The position numbers and the translations under genes were made by a program. Below are positions 1 to 9,715 of a stretch of 64,000 nt of DNA, in pieces (position 1 is the first letter of the stretch; each line of letters opens with the position of its first letter). The DNA is taken from NCBI GenBank assembly GCA_024228115.1, contig JAAETT010000050.1, positions 16,750-80,749 on the forward strand, in the 5' to 3' direction. Below the pieces are notes generated by a model, which saw only the letters and a list, made by a program, of their open reading frames with translations, did not search any database and was not told the DNA's origin. The stretch comes from a bacterium (GTDB lineage Bacteria; Myxococcota_A; UBA9160; UBA6930).

Positions 1-291
1 TCGAATACCGAGGAGATCGAGCTGGTCGAGAAGAGCACGCTTCGGCTTCTCGAGCGGACGCTGCACCCGGCTCCCGGGAAGAAGGCGATGCACGTCGAGT
101 TCACCGCCGACGGAGACAAGGCCCTCGTGAGCGTCTGGCACGTGGATGGGGCGGTCGTGGTCTACGATTCGACCACGCTGGCTGAGGTCGCACGCCTCCC
201 ATACGCTATGCCGGTGGGCAAGTACAACGCTCGAAATCGAACGCGCGATCTGCACGCCGCCGAGGCGCGCAGCGAAAGCGCCTCGGACTGA
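1..291 (+). CDS. C-terminal fragment (5' end outside the window) of a cytochrome cd1 / NirN / NirF-like beta-propeller protein
   Basis: The frame is open from position 1 to the TGA at 289-291. The C-terminus (VVVYDSTTLAEVARLPYAMPVGKYNARNRT) parallels the C-terminus of the NirS in this window (IIVYDDKTLKEKKRITGDWLVTPTGKWNVHNTV). Confidence 0.55.
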   Translation, partial: SNTEEIELVEKSTLRLLERTLHPAPGKKAMHVEFTADGDKALVSVWHVDGAVVVYDSTTLAEVARLPYAMPVGKYNARNRTRDLHAAEARSESASD

Positions 292-719
292 TGGCTTTCA
301 CCTTCCGGTCGGGCCGGGCGCTGGCCGTGATCGCGACGCTGGCGATGGCAGTGGCTGCCGACGCCCGCGACGATGTCCCCGAGGAGCTCTTGCACGCGAA
401 GAACGAGGTGAGCCTCTCAGCGAAACGGGTCGTCTACTTCGCGAAGCAGTTCAAGACCAAATGCGCACGTTGCCACGGGGCCCTCGGAGACGGCGCGGGA
501 ACCGACGCAGAGCAGGACGTCCCGCCGGCCGATCTCACGGATGCCGCCGCGATGAGCCAACGCAGCGACGGACAGCTCTTCTACCAGATCCTGGTCGGAG
601 GCATGCCCCGCTGCGCCATGCCGGCGTTTGGCCCCGAATCCGACCACGGCTGGTCCGAGAAGAAGATCTGGGAGATGGTGGCCTTCGTCCGGCGCTTCTC
701 TGAAACGCCGGACGAATAG
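291..719 (+). CDS. Periplasmic mono-haem class I c-type cytochrome (NirC/c55x-like)
   Basis: Signal peptide (ALAVIATLAMAVAADA), a single CARCH haem motif and a downstream MPAF Met-ligand region. The ATG shares one nucleotide with the upstream TGA. Confidence 0.8.
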   Translation: MAFTFRSGRALAVIATLAMAVAADARDDVPEELLHAKNEVSLSAKRVVYFAKQFKTKCARCHGALGDGAGTDAEQDVPPADLTDAAAMSQRSDGQLFYQILVGGMPRCAMPAFGPESDHGWSEKKIWEMVAFVRRFSETPDE

Positions 720-733
720 GGCAAAGCCGGCCT

Positions 734-1270
734 CTACTCCTTCTCGGCCTTCACGCTCTCGAAGCTCGTGGCCGGTGTCTTCACATTCGTGGCCTGGGGC
801 ACATGGCACATCGTGCAGTTGTACCGGGCCCCCGAGAGATCCTTCCCCTTCGCGTAGGACTCGACCTTGAGGCGCATCGCCTCTCCCGGCTTGCCTTCCA
901 CCATCTTGGCGTTCTCGAAGTGGCTCTCGGTGACGGGGATCTCGTCGTCTTCCGTGACGTTTGTCGGGTGATGACACTCGAGGCACTCGTTCGAATCCCG
1001 CCGGATCGGCAGCATGTCCTCGACGGTGTGGGGGATCCCAGGGGGCGCATCGGGAAACGCGCGATCCAGGAGCTTCGATTCGCCGGGTTCCCCATCGAGG
1101 AATATCGGCAGTTCCTGGCTCGCGAGCGCGCTCAGATCCACATCGCGGAAGTAAACGTCGACGCCATCGTCGACCTCGGCGTTCTTGATGTCTTCCGCAC
1201 TGACGCCCCCGGCCAGAAGGGCCACGAGCATCGTGGTGATGGAAAGGCGGAACCAGATTCCTGACTGCAT
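734..1270 (-). CDS. napB: Periplasmic nitrate reductase di-haem cytochrome c subunit NapB
   Basis: Signal peptide, two CxxCH motifs (CLECH, CTMCH), about 178 aa, last gene of the napDAGHB string. Confidence 0.85.
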   Translation of the reverse strand: MQSGIWFRLSITTMLVALLAGGVSAEDIKNAEVDDGVDVYFRDVDLSALASQELPIFLDGEPGESKLLDRAFPDAPPGIPHTVEDMLPIRRDSNECLECHHPTNVTEDDEIPVTESHFENAKMVEGKPGEAMRLKVESYAKGKDLSGARYNCTMCHVPQATNVKTPATSFESVKAEKE

Positions 1271-1284
1271 GACAGCCTCCTGCG

Positions 1285-2112
1285 CTAGATCTCGGTCGTT
1301 GCCGGTTCGTTACCGGCGCGGATGGGTCGAACATTGAAAGAAAAGACGTCCTGCGGGCAGACCTCGAGGCATCGCGCGCAGTTCGTGCACTCCCCGCCTC
1401 CGACGAATCCCGCCGCGGCGATCTTGTCGAAGTGGAGCACCTGGGGCTCCGGGCAGGCCCGGACGCAATCCCCGCAGTGGTCGCAGCGCTCGGCCGCAAA
1501 GGCCGGTCGCAGCAGGGAGACGCGGCCGATCAGTGCATAGAATGCACCGAGAGGGCAAAGGGATCCGCACCAGCCGTGGCGCAGGACCAACACATCGAGC
1601 AGCATGATCCACGGGATGACGAGCAGCCCGAGGCCCGCTCCAAAGATGATTTCGCGATGGAGCATGGAGACTGGGCTGATCCATTCGAAGGCGGCGACAC
1701 CGAGCACCGCGGACAGCGCGAGCCCGAGCAGCATGAATCCGTACCGGGCCTCACGCGCAACGGGCAATTGGCCGTGGGGGCGAAAGTGTCGCTTGATCAT
1801 GCGACCCAGGTCCGCGACCGGATTGACCGGGCACACCCAGGAGCAGAAGCTTCGCCCGCCAACGAATGCGTAGAACAGCACGACCAGGATGGAGCCCAGC
1901 AGCACGGTGCCCGTGATCAGGTGACCGCTGGCGAGGACCTGGAGCGCGGCATAGGGATCGGACAGGGGGACGGTCCGCAGCACACGCGAACTCGATAGAT
2001 TGCCCGTGAGCCAGCCCAGGTGCATGTGAGCACCCAGCCAGAACAGCAAGAGGATCCCCGCCTGGCTGAGCCGGCGAAGCACGAGGTAGCGATGAGCGAG
2101 GAGCCAACTCAT
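1285..2112 (-). CDS. napH: NapH, membrane-bound FeS quinol dehydrogenase subunit
   Basis: Four TM segments, CSWVCP and CGSLCP motifs, and two C-terminal ferredoxin motifs (CDHCGDCVRACP, CTNCARCLEVCP). The start MSWLL at 2112 overlaps the napG stop (ATGA). The longer ORF 1285..2607 is an upstream extension into napG. Confidence 0.85.
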   Translation of the reverse strand: MSWLLAHRYLVLRRLSQAGILLLFWLGAHMHLGWLTGNLSSSRVLRTVPLSDPYAALQVLASGHLITGTVLLGSILVVLFYAFVGGRSFCSWVCPVNPVADLGRMIKRHFRPHGQLPVAREARYGFMLLGLALSAVLGVAAFEWISPVSMLHREIIFGAGLGLLVIPWIMLLDVLVLRHGWCGSLCPLGAFYALIGRVSLLRPAFAAERCDHCGDCVRACPEPQVLHFDKIAAAGFVGGGECTNCARCLEVCPQDVFSFNVRPIRAGNEPATTEI

Positions 2113-2894
2113 GGCGTCGTGGTGTCCTCCAGCGCATCGAGTGCATCGAGCACCTTGCTCGTATTGTCCTGCCACTCCTCGGGCTGCACGGCATCCGAAG
2201 AAGTGAAATCCCGACTGATCTCTGGCTCTTCCTCCCAGCCGAAGCGGTAGTTGGATCCGAGCCGGCCCTGGGCAAGCGCCGGGGGCAGCACTTTGATCGC
2301 CGCCTCCTCGAGAACGCAGGAGTGCTCGCACATCCCGCATCCCGTGCATGCATCCGAATTGACGACCGGAAGGAAGAAGGCGTGTTTGCCCGTGCGTTCC
2401 TGGGGCCGGAACTCGAGTTGGATCGCCTTGCCCATGAGCGGGCAAGCGCGGTAACACACCTCGCAGCGCAGGCCTTTGAACGCGAGGCAGGTCTCCTGGT
2501 CCGTCAGAACGGCCAGCCCCATTCGGGCGTCCTCGATGGCCGTCTCGGGCACGAGGGAGCCACTCGGGCAGGCCGCCACGCAGGGCACGTCCGGGCACAT
2601 GTGGCACGGGACCTTCCTGGGCTCGAAGGACGGTGTGCCCAGCGACTCCTCACCGGCGGTTGCGAGTTCCAGGGTGTCGTAGGGACACGCCTCGACGCAT
2701 TGGCCGCATTTGGTGCAGGTGGCAAGGAACTCCGGCTCCGCCCGTGCACCCGGCGGCCGGCGCCGGAGGATCGGGCCACGCTGTCCCTCGACCAGTTGGG
2801 CCCAGACGGCTCCGCCCGTTCCCGCGAGGGCGAGATTCCGCCCGCGGAACGCGCCCGCAAGGAACTCGCGTCGGCTGAGGCCCGAGTCGTCCAT
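2109..2894 (-). CDS. napG: NapG, Tat-exported periplasmic poly-ferredoxin
   Basis: Tat motif SRREFL after the start MDDSG (2894, 2 nt after the napA stop). Four Cys clusters: CTKCGQCVEACP, CHMCPDVPCVAACP, CLAFKGLRCEVCYRACP, CTGCGMCEHSC. Confidence 0.85.
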   Translation of the reverse strand: MDDSGLSRREFLAGAFRGRNLALAGTGGAVWAQLVEGQRGPILRRRPPGARAEPEFLATCTKCGQCVEACPYDTLELATAGEESLGTPSFEPRKVPCHMCPDVPCVAACPSGSLVPETAIEDARMGLAVLTDQETCLAFKGLRCEVCYRACPLMGKAIQLEFRPQERTGKHAFFLPVVNSDACTGCGMCEHSCVLEEAAIKVLPPALAQGRLGSNYRFGWEEEPEISRDFTSSDAVQPEEWQDNTSKVLDALDALEDTTTP

Positions 2895-2896
2895 GT

Positions 2897-5497
2897 TCAG
2901 ATCTTGCGCACCCTGGCAGCGCACTTCTTGTAGTCGGTCTCTTTCGAGATCGGACACGTGGCGTCGAGGGTGAGCTTGTTGATCAGGACGTTCTCGTCGA
3001 ACCAGGGTACGAAGACGAGGCCGCGGGGCGGTCGATTCCTCCCCTGGGTCTCCACGCGCACCTTGACCTGACCTCTGCGAGATTCGAGAATCACCTCCTC
3101 ATTGCGTGCGATGCCCCGCGCCTTCGCGTCTTCCGGGTGCATGTCACACACCGCATACGGGACGGCTCGGTTGAGCTCTTCCACGCGCTTGGTCATCGAT
3201 CCGGAATGCCAATGCTCGAGGACACGGCCCGTGCAGAGCCAGAGGTCGTATTCGGCGTCCGGGCTCTCGGCCGGCTCCGCGTAGGGACGGAAGAAGATCT
3301 TCGCCTTGCCGGCGAGGTCGACCTTCTCTCCCTTCAGGCTGCCCTGGGGGATCTTCTTCAGCGCCTTGCCGTAGAAGTTGAATCCTTCGCCGGGCTTGAC
3401 GTAGGGGTCGTACCCCTCCTTGAATCGCCACTGGGTCTCACGCCCGTTGACGACCGGCCAACGCAGACCGCGCACCCGATGATAGGTGTCGAAATCGGCC
3501 AGATCGTGGCCGTTGCCGAGGCCGAATTCGCGGTACTCCTCCCAGAGCGCCTTGTGCACGAAGAAGCCGAAATGCTCGGCCATGTCGTTGGGATGACCCT
3601 CGGCGATCGGGTCGGGCCAGGCCACCTTCTTCATCTTGTCCGTCGCGAAGAGGACATCGAACAAGGTCTGCTCCGGGTCGTATCCCATCGTCTTGGCAGC
3701 AGCGAGCACGTCCGGAAGCTTGCCGTCCTCGAAGCCGTCCGCTTTCAGGCCCGGGAGCGGTTGCTCTCCCCAGACTTCCTTCAGCTTGAAGCGCTTCGAG
3801 AACTCGAGGACCTGCCAGAGGTCGCCCTCGGCTTCGCCCGGTGCCTTCACCTGCTGGCGCCAATGCTGGGTGCGACGTTCCGCGTTCCCGTATGCCCCCC
3901 ACTTCTCGTAGATCATGGCGGTCGGCAGGATCAAGTCCGCCACCTTGGCGGATACGGTCGGGTAGCAATCCGATACGACGATGAAGTTGTCACCTTCGCG
4001 TGCGGCGCGGATCCACTCGCTGGCGTTGGCGAAGTCCTGGAAGGGATTCGTCACCTGCGCCCAGAAGAACCGCACCGATCCGGCGCGAAGAGCCCGCATC
4101 ATGGCCACCGCATGGGTGCCCACCTTCGGATTCAACGTTCCTGCAGGCAGTTTCCAGAGCTTCTCGGATTTCGCCCGGTGGCCCGGGTTCGCGACCACCA
4201 TGTCCGAAGGCAGACGGTGGGCGAAGGTGCCCACCTCTCGCGCGGTGCCGCATGCAGAGGGCTGGCCCGTGAGCGAGAACGCACCGGCGCCCGGCGTCGA
4301 GATCTTTCCGCCGAGCAGGTGGATCATGTAGATCTGCTCGTTGACCCAGGTTCCGCGGGTGTGCTGGTTGAAGCCCATCGTCCAGAAGGAGACGACCTTC
4401 CGCTTCGGGTCGGCGTAGAGATCGGCGAGTTCCAGGAGCTCCTTCTTCGGAACTCCCGAGAGTTCGCTGACATACTCGACGGTGTAGGGCTCGAGCTTCT
4501 GCTTGAACTCCTCGAACGAGATCGCCCAGTGAGCGCCCGCCTTGCTCCGCATCGTCTGGCCCTGCTCGCGCGGATGGTCCGCGGGCAGGCCGTAGCCGAT
4601 GTCCTCCGGGCCAGTTGCGAAGATGCAGTGCTTCTTCACGAAGTCATGGTTGACCGCGTCCTTCTCGATCATGTGCTTCGCAATGAAGTTCATGATGGCC
4701 AGGTCGGTCTGGGGCTTGAAGACGATCTCCAGATCGGCGAGATCCCCGCTGCGATTCCCGAATGTGGTGAGGTTGACCACCTTCGTCTTCGCATGCGTCA
4801 GCTTGCGGTCGGTCACGCGCGACCAGAGGATCGGGTGACACTCGGCCATGTTGGCGCCCCAGGAGACCACGGTATCCGTCACTTCGATGTCGTCGTAGCA
4901 GCCCGGGGGTTCGTCGATGCCGAAGGTCTGGATGAACCCGGCAACCGCGGAAGCCATGCAGTGGCGTGCATTCGGGTCGATGTTGTTGGATCGCACGCCC
5001 GCCTTCATGAACTTGGCGGCGGCGTAGCCCTCATCGATCGTGTACTGGCCCGAGCCGAAGATCGAAACGGCCGAAGGGCCGGACTCCTGGTAGGCCTCCT
5101 TGAACTTGGCGGCCATCACGTCGAAGGCTTCTTCCCAGCTCACCGGGGTGAAATCGCCTTGCTTGTCGAACTTCCCGTTCTTCTTCCGGAGCAACGGACG
5201 CGTCAAGCGGTCTTCGCCATACATGATCTTGGCGTTGAAGTAGCCCTTGATGCAGTTGATGCCGCGGTTGACGGGGGATTCGGGGTCGCCCTTGACGGCC
5301 ACCACGCGCCCCTTCTTCGTCGCCATCATGATCCCGCAGCCGACTCCGCAGAAACGGCAAACGGATTTATCCCATTTCCATCCCGCTTCGAGCGCCTTGG
5401 CCTTGGCCTGGGCTTCTGCCGGCACCCACATTCCCATGCTGGTTGCGGCGGAGGCTGCAACGGCGGTCTTCAGAAAACTACGACGCGTTTGTTCCAT
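2897..5497 (-). CDS. napA: Periplasmic nitrate reductase catalytic subunit NapA (molybdopterin, [4Fe-4S])
   Basis: Tat signal [11 protein letters not shown]-terminal CRFCGVGCG...C cluster, about 867 codons of Mo-bisMGD oxidoreductase sequence. I chose the start at 5497 (AGAGGG SD 4 nt upstream); the ORF track's 5527 is a GTG further upstream. Confidence 0.95.
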   Translation of the reverse strand: MEQTRRSFLKTAVAASAATSMGMWVPAEAQAKAKALEAGWKWDKSVCRFCGVGCGIMMATKKGRVVAVKGDPESPVNRGINCIKGYFNAKIMYGEDRLTRPLLRKKNGKFDKQGDFTPVSWEEAFDVMAAKFKEAYQESGPSAVSIFGSGQYTIDEGYAAAKFMKAGVRSNNIDPNARHCMASAVAGFIQTFGIDEPPGCYDDIEVTDTVVSWGANMAECHPILWSRVTDRKLTHAKTKVVNLTTFGNRSGDLADLEIVFKPQTDLAIMNFIAKHMIEKDAVNHDFVKKHCIFATGPEDIGYGLPADHPREQGQTMRSKAGAHWAISFEEFKQKLEPYTVEYVSELSGVPKKELLELADLYADPKRKVVSFWTMGFNQHTRGTWVNEQIYMIHLLGGKISTPGAGAFSLTGQPSACGTAREVGTFAHRLPSDMVVANPGHRAKSEKLWKLPAGTLNPKVGTHAVAMMRALRAGSVRFFWAQVTNPFQDFANASEWIRAAREGDNFIVVSDCYPTVSAKVADLILPTAMIYEKWGAYGNAERRTQHWRQQVKAPGEAEGDLWQVLEFSKRFKLKEVWGEQPLPGLKADGFEDGKLPDVLAAAKTMGYDPEQTLFDVLFATDKMKKVAWPDPIAEGHPNDMAEHFGFFVHKALWEEYREFGLGNGHDLADFDTYHRVRGLRWPVVNGRETQWRFKEGYDPYVKPGEGFNFYGKALKKIPQGSLKGEKVDLAGKAKIFFRPYAEPAESPDAEYDLWLCTGRVLEHWHSGSMTKRVEELNRAVPYAVCDMHPEDAKARGIARNEEVILESRRGQVKVRVETQGRNRPPRGLVFVPWFDENVLINKLTLDATCPISKETDYKKCAARVRKI

Positions 5498-5682
5498 GGT
5501 GCCCTCTCTCGTCATACGCGCGCTCACGAGCCGGACGGCTCGGCGCGTCTCCTATCAAAAGCAAGGATCGCGCCAGCGGAGAGTGGCTGTGGCGGGCTCT
5601 CAGCCCCCATTTCGAGCGTGGTGCGGCGCAGGGCCCCGGTCGATGCGGAAGCAAGCCTCAGTTGGCTGCAACCTGGCGCCGG

Positions 5683-5928
5683 CTATTTGCCGGCCTCCTC
5701 GTCTACGAAGTGTTCGACCATCTCGGCGAGGATGACGTTGGGGATCTCTCGAAGCTCGAGGATACGTGCCGTGGCCTCATTCGTGGAAGCGGCCTCGATC
5801 GTCGCGATGATTCGCCCGCTCTCATCCTCCACGTGGTGGACGTCCGCCCACTCGTGGGCATTGACGGCCGCCCGGGTTTCGTCGATATGCTCGGGACGTG
5901 TCGTTACCAGGATGGCTGAAATCATCAT
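5683..5928 (-). CDS. napD: NapD, NapA Tat-signal-binding chaperone
   Basis: 81 aa, begins MMISAILVTTRP (the typical NapD ISSLVV-type beginning), sits immediately upstream of napA. Its ATG overlaps the stop of the WD40 gene (ATGA). Confidence 0.75.
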   Translation of the reverse strand: MMISAILVTTRPEHIDETRAAVNAHEWADVHHVEDESGRIIATIEAASTNEATARILELREIPNVILAEMVEHFVDEEAGK

Positions 5929-6932
5929 GGCCGTTCATTCTCCTCGGGATTCTCGATGTTCCATACCAGCACCCGTGCATCGTTTCCGGCGCTGATCAAA
6001 TGGTTTCCGCCCGACGTGAACGCGAGGGCCTGGATGGGCGCCGTGTGTCCCGCGAGCTGTTCGAGGATCCGGCCCGTCGGCATTTCGATCAGACCGATCC
6101 TGTGATCCTCGAGCGTCGCGGCCAGTCGCGTGCCTGCCGGGTCGATCGCGACAGCGGTGACATAGCGGTCGCCCCGGTAGAGGGTCCGCGGGCTGGGTGG
6201 GTCGACCCTTAGATCCCAGTAGAGAATCTGCTTGTCCTTGCTCCCGCTGACCAACGCTCCCTCGTTCGCCCAGCCCAACGAGAAGACGCTATCCCGATGG
6301 CCCTCCAGCATCTGGAGTGTCCGGCCGCTTCGCGCGTCCACCACCTGGATACGGCTCGAGCGCAACCCGATGGCCACCCGGCTGCGGTCGGGACTCGAGG
6401 CGATCGCATAGATCGGGTCGTAGTCGAGCTGTCTGCGGTAAATCTCCTTGCCGGTGTCGATATCCACAAGCGCGAGTTCTCCGCGCATGCTCCCGAGCAA
6501 CAGGTGCCGGTCGTCCAGGAATCGGCACGCCAGTACGCTGCCGAAGGTAGGCAAGGGGCGAGGCAACGCCGCGGCCGCAGACCCTTCCAGATCGAAGAGC
6601 CAGAGCCGCTCGTCGGAGCTGGCGGCTGCCCCCCGCAGGCCGCCGGGGGAGATGGCGACGCAGGAGACCGTGGCCGGAAGCTCGTGTCCCGGCTCAGGCG
6701 GGAGGGAGAGGAGCGCCTCGAGCGTTGTTCCCTTCCGCCAATCGTAGGCCTCGACGCGCCCCGATTGGGTTGCCACGAGCACCCGGTCCCCGCCGAGTGC
6801 CGCGTCCAAGATCATGTGATCGGCTCGAAAGGCTCGAGACGCCGCTTCGAACTCGCTTCCTTCCGCCCCCGCTGCGCCTGCGAGCCCCGAGAGCGCTAGA
6901 GCCAACGCGAGCCCTCGCGAGAACGGACTCAC
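5925..6932 (-). CDS. Secreted WD40-repeat beta-propeller protein (possibly NapL-like)
   Basis: GH...WD-type repeats (GHRDSVFSLGW...LYWDL; GHTAPIQALAF...VLVWNI) and a Sec-type signal (LALALALSGLAGAAGAEG). The proposed GTG start at 6932 overlaps the NrfD-like stop (GTGA). The annotated ORF start at 7280 would overlap the upstream gene by about 350 nt. Confidence 0.7.
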   Translation of the reverse strand: MSPFSRGLALALALSGLAGAAGAEGSEFEAASRAFRADHMILDAALGGDRVLVATQSGRVEAYDWRKGTTLEALLSLPPEPGHELPATVSCVAISPGGLRGAAASSDERLWLFDLEGSAAAALPRPLPTFGSVLACRFLDDRHLLLGSMRGELALVDIDTGKEIYRRQLDYDPIYAIASSPDRSRVAIGLRSSRIQVVDARSGRTLQMLEGHRDSVFSLGWANEGALVSGSKDKQILYWDLRVDPPSPRTLYRGDRYVTAVAIDPAGTRLAATLEDHRIGLIEMPTGRILEQLAGHTAPIQALAFTSGGNHLISAGNDARVLVWNIENPEENERP

Positions 6933-8152
6933 GTCCGCCGATACCCGAGCTCCCCAAGCGTGATGGCGATCGAGATCTTGGCCATGAACGTGAAGCTGAG
7001 AAGTCCCACGCCCCAGACGCCTGCACCCACCATGAGCTCGTTCAAGCTCGGTGTGTATCGATAGACCTCTCCGATGACATCCGGCGTCAACCCGGGCAGC
7101 AACAGGCCGAGTCCCTTCTCGACGTAGACCCCCGCAACGGCCAGCACGCACCCCACGAGGAGGAAGCGGATACGGTTGCGAAGGGCGGGGACGACGAAGA
7201 TGACGAACGCCGTGACGTTGCACGTCAACGCGAATATGGAGTAGCCCGCAATGCCGTAGCCGTCTTCCAGACCAAACCATTGGAAGCGAGCATGGATGAC
7301 GTGATGACTATGGGAGTAGAACTCCTTGAACACCTCACACCCGAGGAAGAAGAGGTTGATCGCCATGGCGTAGGCCAGCAACTCGCCGATCTTGCGCAAC
7401 GCGGCGCCCGAAATCTGGACCGGACTGACCTTCCGAAGGATCTGGAAGATCAGCACCAGCAATGCGGGGCCGGAGCAGAAGGCGCTCGCCAGGAAGCGGG
7501 GTGCCAGGATGGCGTCATTCCAGAACGGTCTGGCTTTGAGTCCCATGAAGAGGAACGCGGTCACCGTATGGATGCTGATGGCCAGGGGAATGGAGAGGAA
7601 GATGATTGGCATGATGAAGGACGGATTGTACTTCCGCCCCGTGTAGCTCATGAACACGAGATAGGTTGCGACGAAGAAGTTGAGGACGAAATAGGCGTTG
7701 AGAACGAGGACATCCCATACGAGCAACGAGTAGGGAAAGTTCGGCGTGCCTACGCCTGGCATCATATGCCAGACTTTTTCGGGGCGCCCGATGTCGACGG
7801 TTACAAAGAGCATGCACATGATGATGGCGGAGATCGCCAGCAGTTCGCCTAGCAAGGCGACCTCGCGAATGGGTCCCCAGTTGTAGATGTAGGCAGGAAT
7901 GATCAGGATCACCGCTGCTGCGGCCACTCCGACCAGGAATGCAAAGTTGCCGATGTAGAAGCCCCAGGAGACCGGGTCGCGCATGTTGGACGTGACCAAC
8001 CCGAAGCTCGCCTGGTTGACGAAGGCGTAGAGCCCGCCAAGGATCATCAGGAGCAGCAAGCCTACCCAGAGCATGTACCCGCGGCTCCCGCTCGCGACGA
8101 GAGCCACACTTTCCTTGGTGAAATGCCAGAATTCTGCGAGGTATACCGTCAT
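6929..8152 (-). CDS. NrfD/PsrC/DsrP-family polytopic membrane quinol-interacting subunit (about 10 TM)
   Basis: 407 aa, hydrophobic throughout, directly downstream of a Tat-FeS NrfC-like gene. This is the typical NrfCD/PsrBC pairing. Confidence 0.85.
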   Translation of the reverse strand: MTVYLAEFWHFTKESVALVASGSRGYMLWVGLLLLMILGGLYAFVNQASFGLVTSNMRDPVSWGFYIGNFAFLVGVAAAAVILIIPAYIYNWGPIREVALLGELLAISAIIMCMLFVTVDIGRPEKVWHMMPGVGTPNFPYSLLVWDVLVLNAYFVLNFFVATYLVFMSYTGRKYNPSFIMPIIFLSIPLAISIHTVTAFLFMGLKARPFWNDAILAPRFLASAFCSGPALLVLIFQILRKVSPVQISGAALRKIGELLAYAMAINLFFLGCEVFKEFYSHSHHVIHARFQWFGLEDGYGIAGYSIFALTCNVTAFVIFVVPALRNRIRFLLVGCVLAVAGVYVEKGLGLLLPGLTPDVIGEVYRYTPSLNELMVGAGVWGVGLLSFTFMAKISIAITLGELGYRRT

Positions 8153-8164
8153 GCCGGGTTCTCC

Positions 8165-9094
8165 TCAGCCGTAGAAGTAGAAGAACTTGGGCCGCGTGGC
8201 GAGTTCGGATTTCAACACGAAGGTCCGCTTGTGTTTCAGCAGGTAGGAGATCTCGCTATCTGGATCGAGAAGGTTCCCGAATTTGCGCGCTCCCACCGGG
8301 CAAGCCTCATGACATGCCGGGTAGCGTCCGTCTCGGACTCGCTGGATGCAGAAGCTGCATTTCTCGACCACTCCGCGTGAGCGCGGCACATTTCCCAGCG
8401 GGTGGATGTTCGTGTTCACCTCGTCCGCCGGGATCGTGGGCGCGGCCCAGTTGAAATGCCTCGCGCCGTAGGGGCACGCCGCCATGCAGTACCGGCAGCC
8501 GATGCACCAGTCGTAGTCGATCACCACGATGCCGTCGGGCTCTTCCCAGGTTGCCCCGGTCGGGCAGACGTTGGTGCAGGGCGAATCCTCGCATTGCTGG
8601 CATGCAATCGGGAGGTACACCATGCCCTCGGCGGGTGCTTGCTCGTGCTCGTAGTACGGGTTCCCTTCGTCGAGTTCGAAACCGCGTACCACGCGTTCGC
8701 GCTCGAATTCGAGCACCCGGATCCATTGGATCTCCGGATCGCGGGATTGATTGTTCTCCTGGACGCAGGCATCGACACAGCGCCGGCAGCCGATGCAGCG
8801 CGAGATGTCGAGGCCGTAGCCGAAGAGAGTATTGTCGACCGGGCCGGTGGCCTGGACATTGAAAGACTTGCCAAATTTCTTCTCGTACTTCCGAGCCATC
8901 CGATCCTTGAGCGCTTCGATCTCCTCGTCGGACATCCGCCGAAAGTTCTTCTGGAAGAACGTCTCGAAGTCGAACGCCTCGGCGGCGGCGGGGACGCCGG
9001 CGGCCGCGCCCACCCCAGCGGCCGTCGTGCGCAGGAACTTTCGTCTGGACGCGCCCTTGGCGTCGAGGTGTTCGTCCCGTTCAGGGTTCTTCAC
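8165..9094 (-). CDS. Tat-exported 4x[4Fe-4S] NrfC/PsrB/HybA-like ferredoxin subunit
   Basis: GTG start at 9094 preceded by GGAGGA. Tat motif SRRKFLRTTA. Four Cys groups: CIGCRRCVDAC, CQQCEDSPCTNVCP, CIGCRYCMAACP, CSFC...CHEACP. Confidence 0.85.
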   Translation of the reverse strand: MKNPERDEHLDAKGASRRKFLRTTAAGVGAAAGVPAAAEAFDFETFFQKNFRRMSDEEIEALKDRMARKYEKKFGKSFNVQATGPVDNTLFGYGLDISRCIGCRRCVDACVQENNQSRDPEIQWIRVLEFERERVVRGFELDEGNPYYEHEQAPAEGMVYLPIACQQCEDSPCTNVCPTGATWEEPDGIVVIDYDWCIGCRYCMAACPYGARHFNWAAPTIPADEVNTNIHPLGNVPRSRGVVEKCSFCIQRVRDGRYPACHEACPVGARKFGNLLDPDSEISYLLKHKRTFVLKSELATRPKFFYFYG

Positions 9095-9713
9095 GATCGG
9101 TTTCCTCCGGCTCGACGTCGGGCTGCCAGGTAACCATGGAAGGCGGAACCGGAGGCGGCTTCGGCTCGATCGGTTTGAACTTCGGCGAATGCGGGTCGTG
9201 GCAGGCGACGCAGGTCCAAACCTCCTTGGCGCCCCACCAGTGGCCCGTGCGTTTCCCATGCACGCCGGCCTTCCACTCGTCGAGGCGCTGGCCATGGCAT
9301 TGGGTGCAGAGCTTCCAGGACTCCTCGAACTCCACGAGGGTTCCGTTGGAGAGGCGGAGGCTGTCGCGATCGCCCGTATCGTGGCAGCGCAGGCACCAGA
9401 GGTCGCCGTGGGCGAGCGCGGTCTCTTCGTGATCGTCCTCGAACTCGCGCTGCGTCGGATCCGTCGGCTCACCTTCGTGGCAATCGTTGCAAGGCGCGTA
9501 GTCGTCATTCATCTCGGGCGGGGGAAGCAGTACCGGCAGAGGCTCAGGCGGCAGCGTCCTGCTCGGGTAGGAGCGGGCGACATCGGGACCGAAGGCGCAG
9601 CGGACCGAGAGCAGTCCAAGAACCAGAACGACGGCCAACCCCAGGACCACCCAGGTGGCTGCTCCTCCAGGCTGGGATTGATCGTCGGCGCCCCCCGGGT
9701 CGTCGTCCACCAT
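9081..9713 (-). CDS. Membrane-anchored tetrahaem cytochrome c (cytochrome c3-family-like)
   Basis: One N-terminal TM (WVVLGLAVVLVLGLLSV) and four CxxCH motifs (CNDCH, CLRCH, CTQCH, CVACH). The stop overlaps the NrfC-like start by 14 nt. Confidence 0.8.
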   Translation of the reverse strand: MVDDDPGGADDQSQPGGAATWVVLGLAVVLVLGLLSVRCAFGPDVARSYPSRTLPPEPLPVLLPPPEMNDDYAPCNDCHEGEPTDPTQREFEDDHEETALAHGDLWCLRCHDTGDRDSLRLSNGTLVEFEESWKLCTQCHGQRLDEWKAGVHGKRTGHWWGAKEVWTCVACHDPHSPKFKPIEPKPPPVPPSMVTWQPDVEPEETDREEP

Positions 9714-9715
9714 TG

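Noticed and set aside
3137-5995. 952-aa ORF on the + strand, spanning napA and napD antisense
   Set aside because: It is a shadow ORF typical of high-GC DNA. The translation is Arg/Gly/Ala/Leu-rich without any motif, while the opposite strand encodes an unmistakable NapA and NapD.
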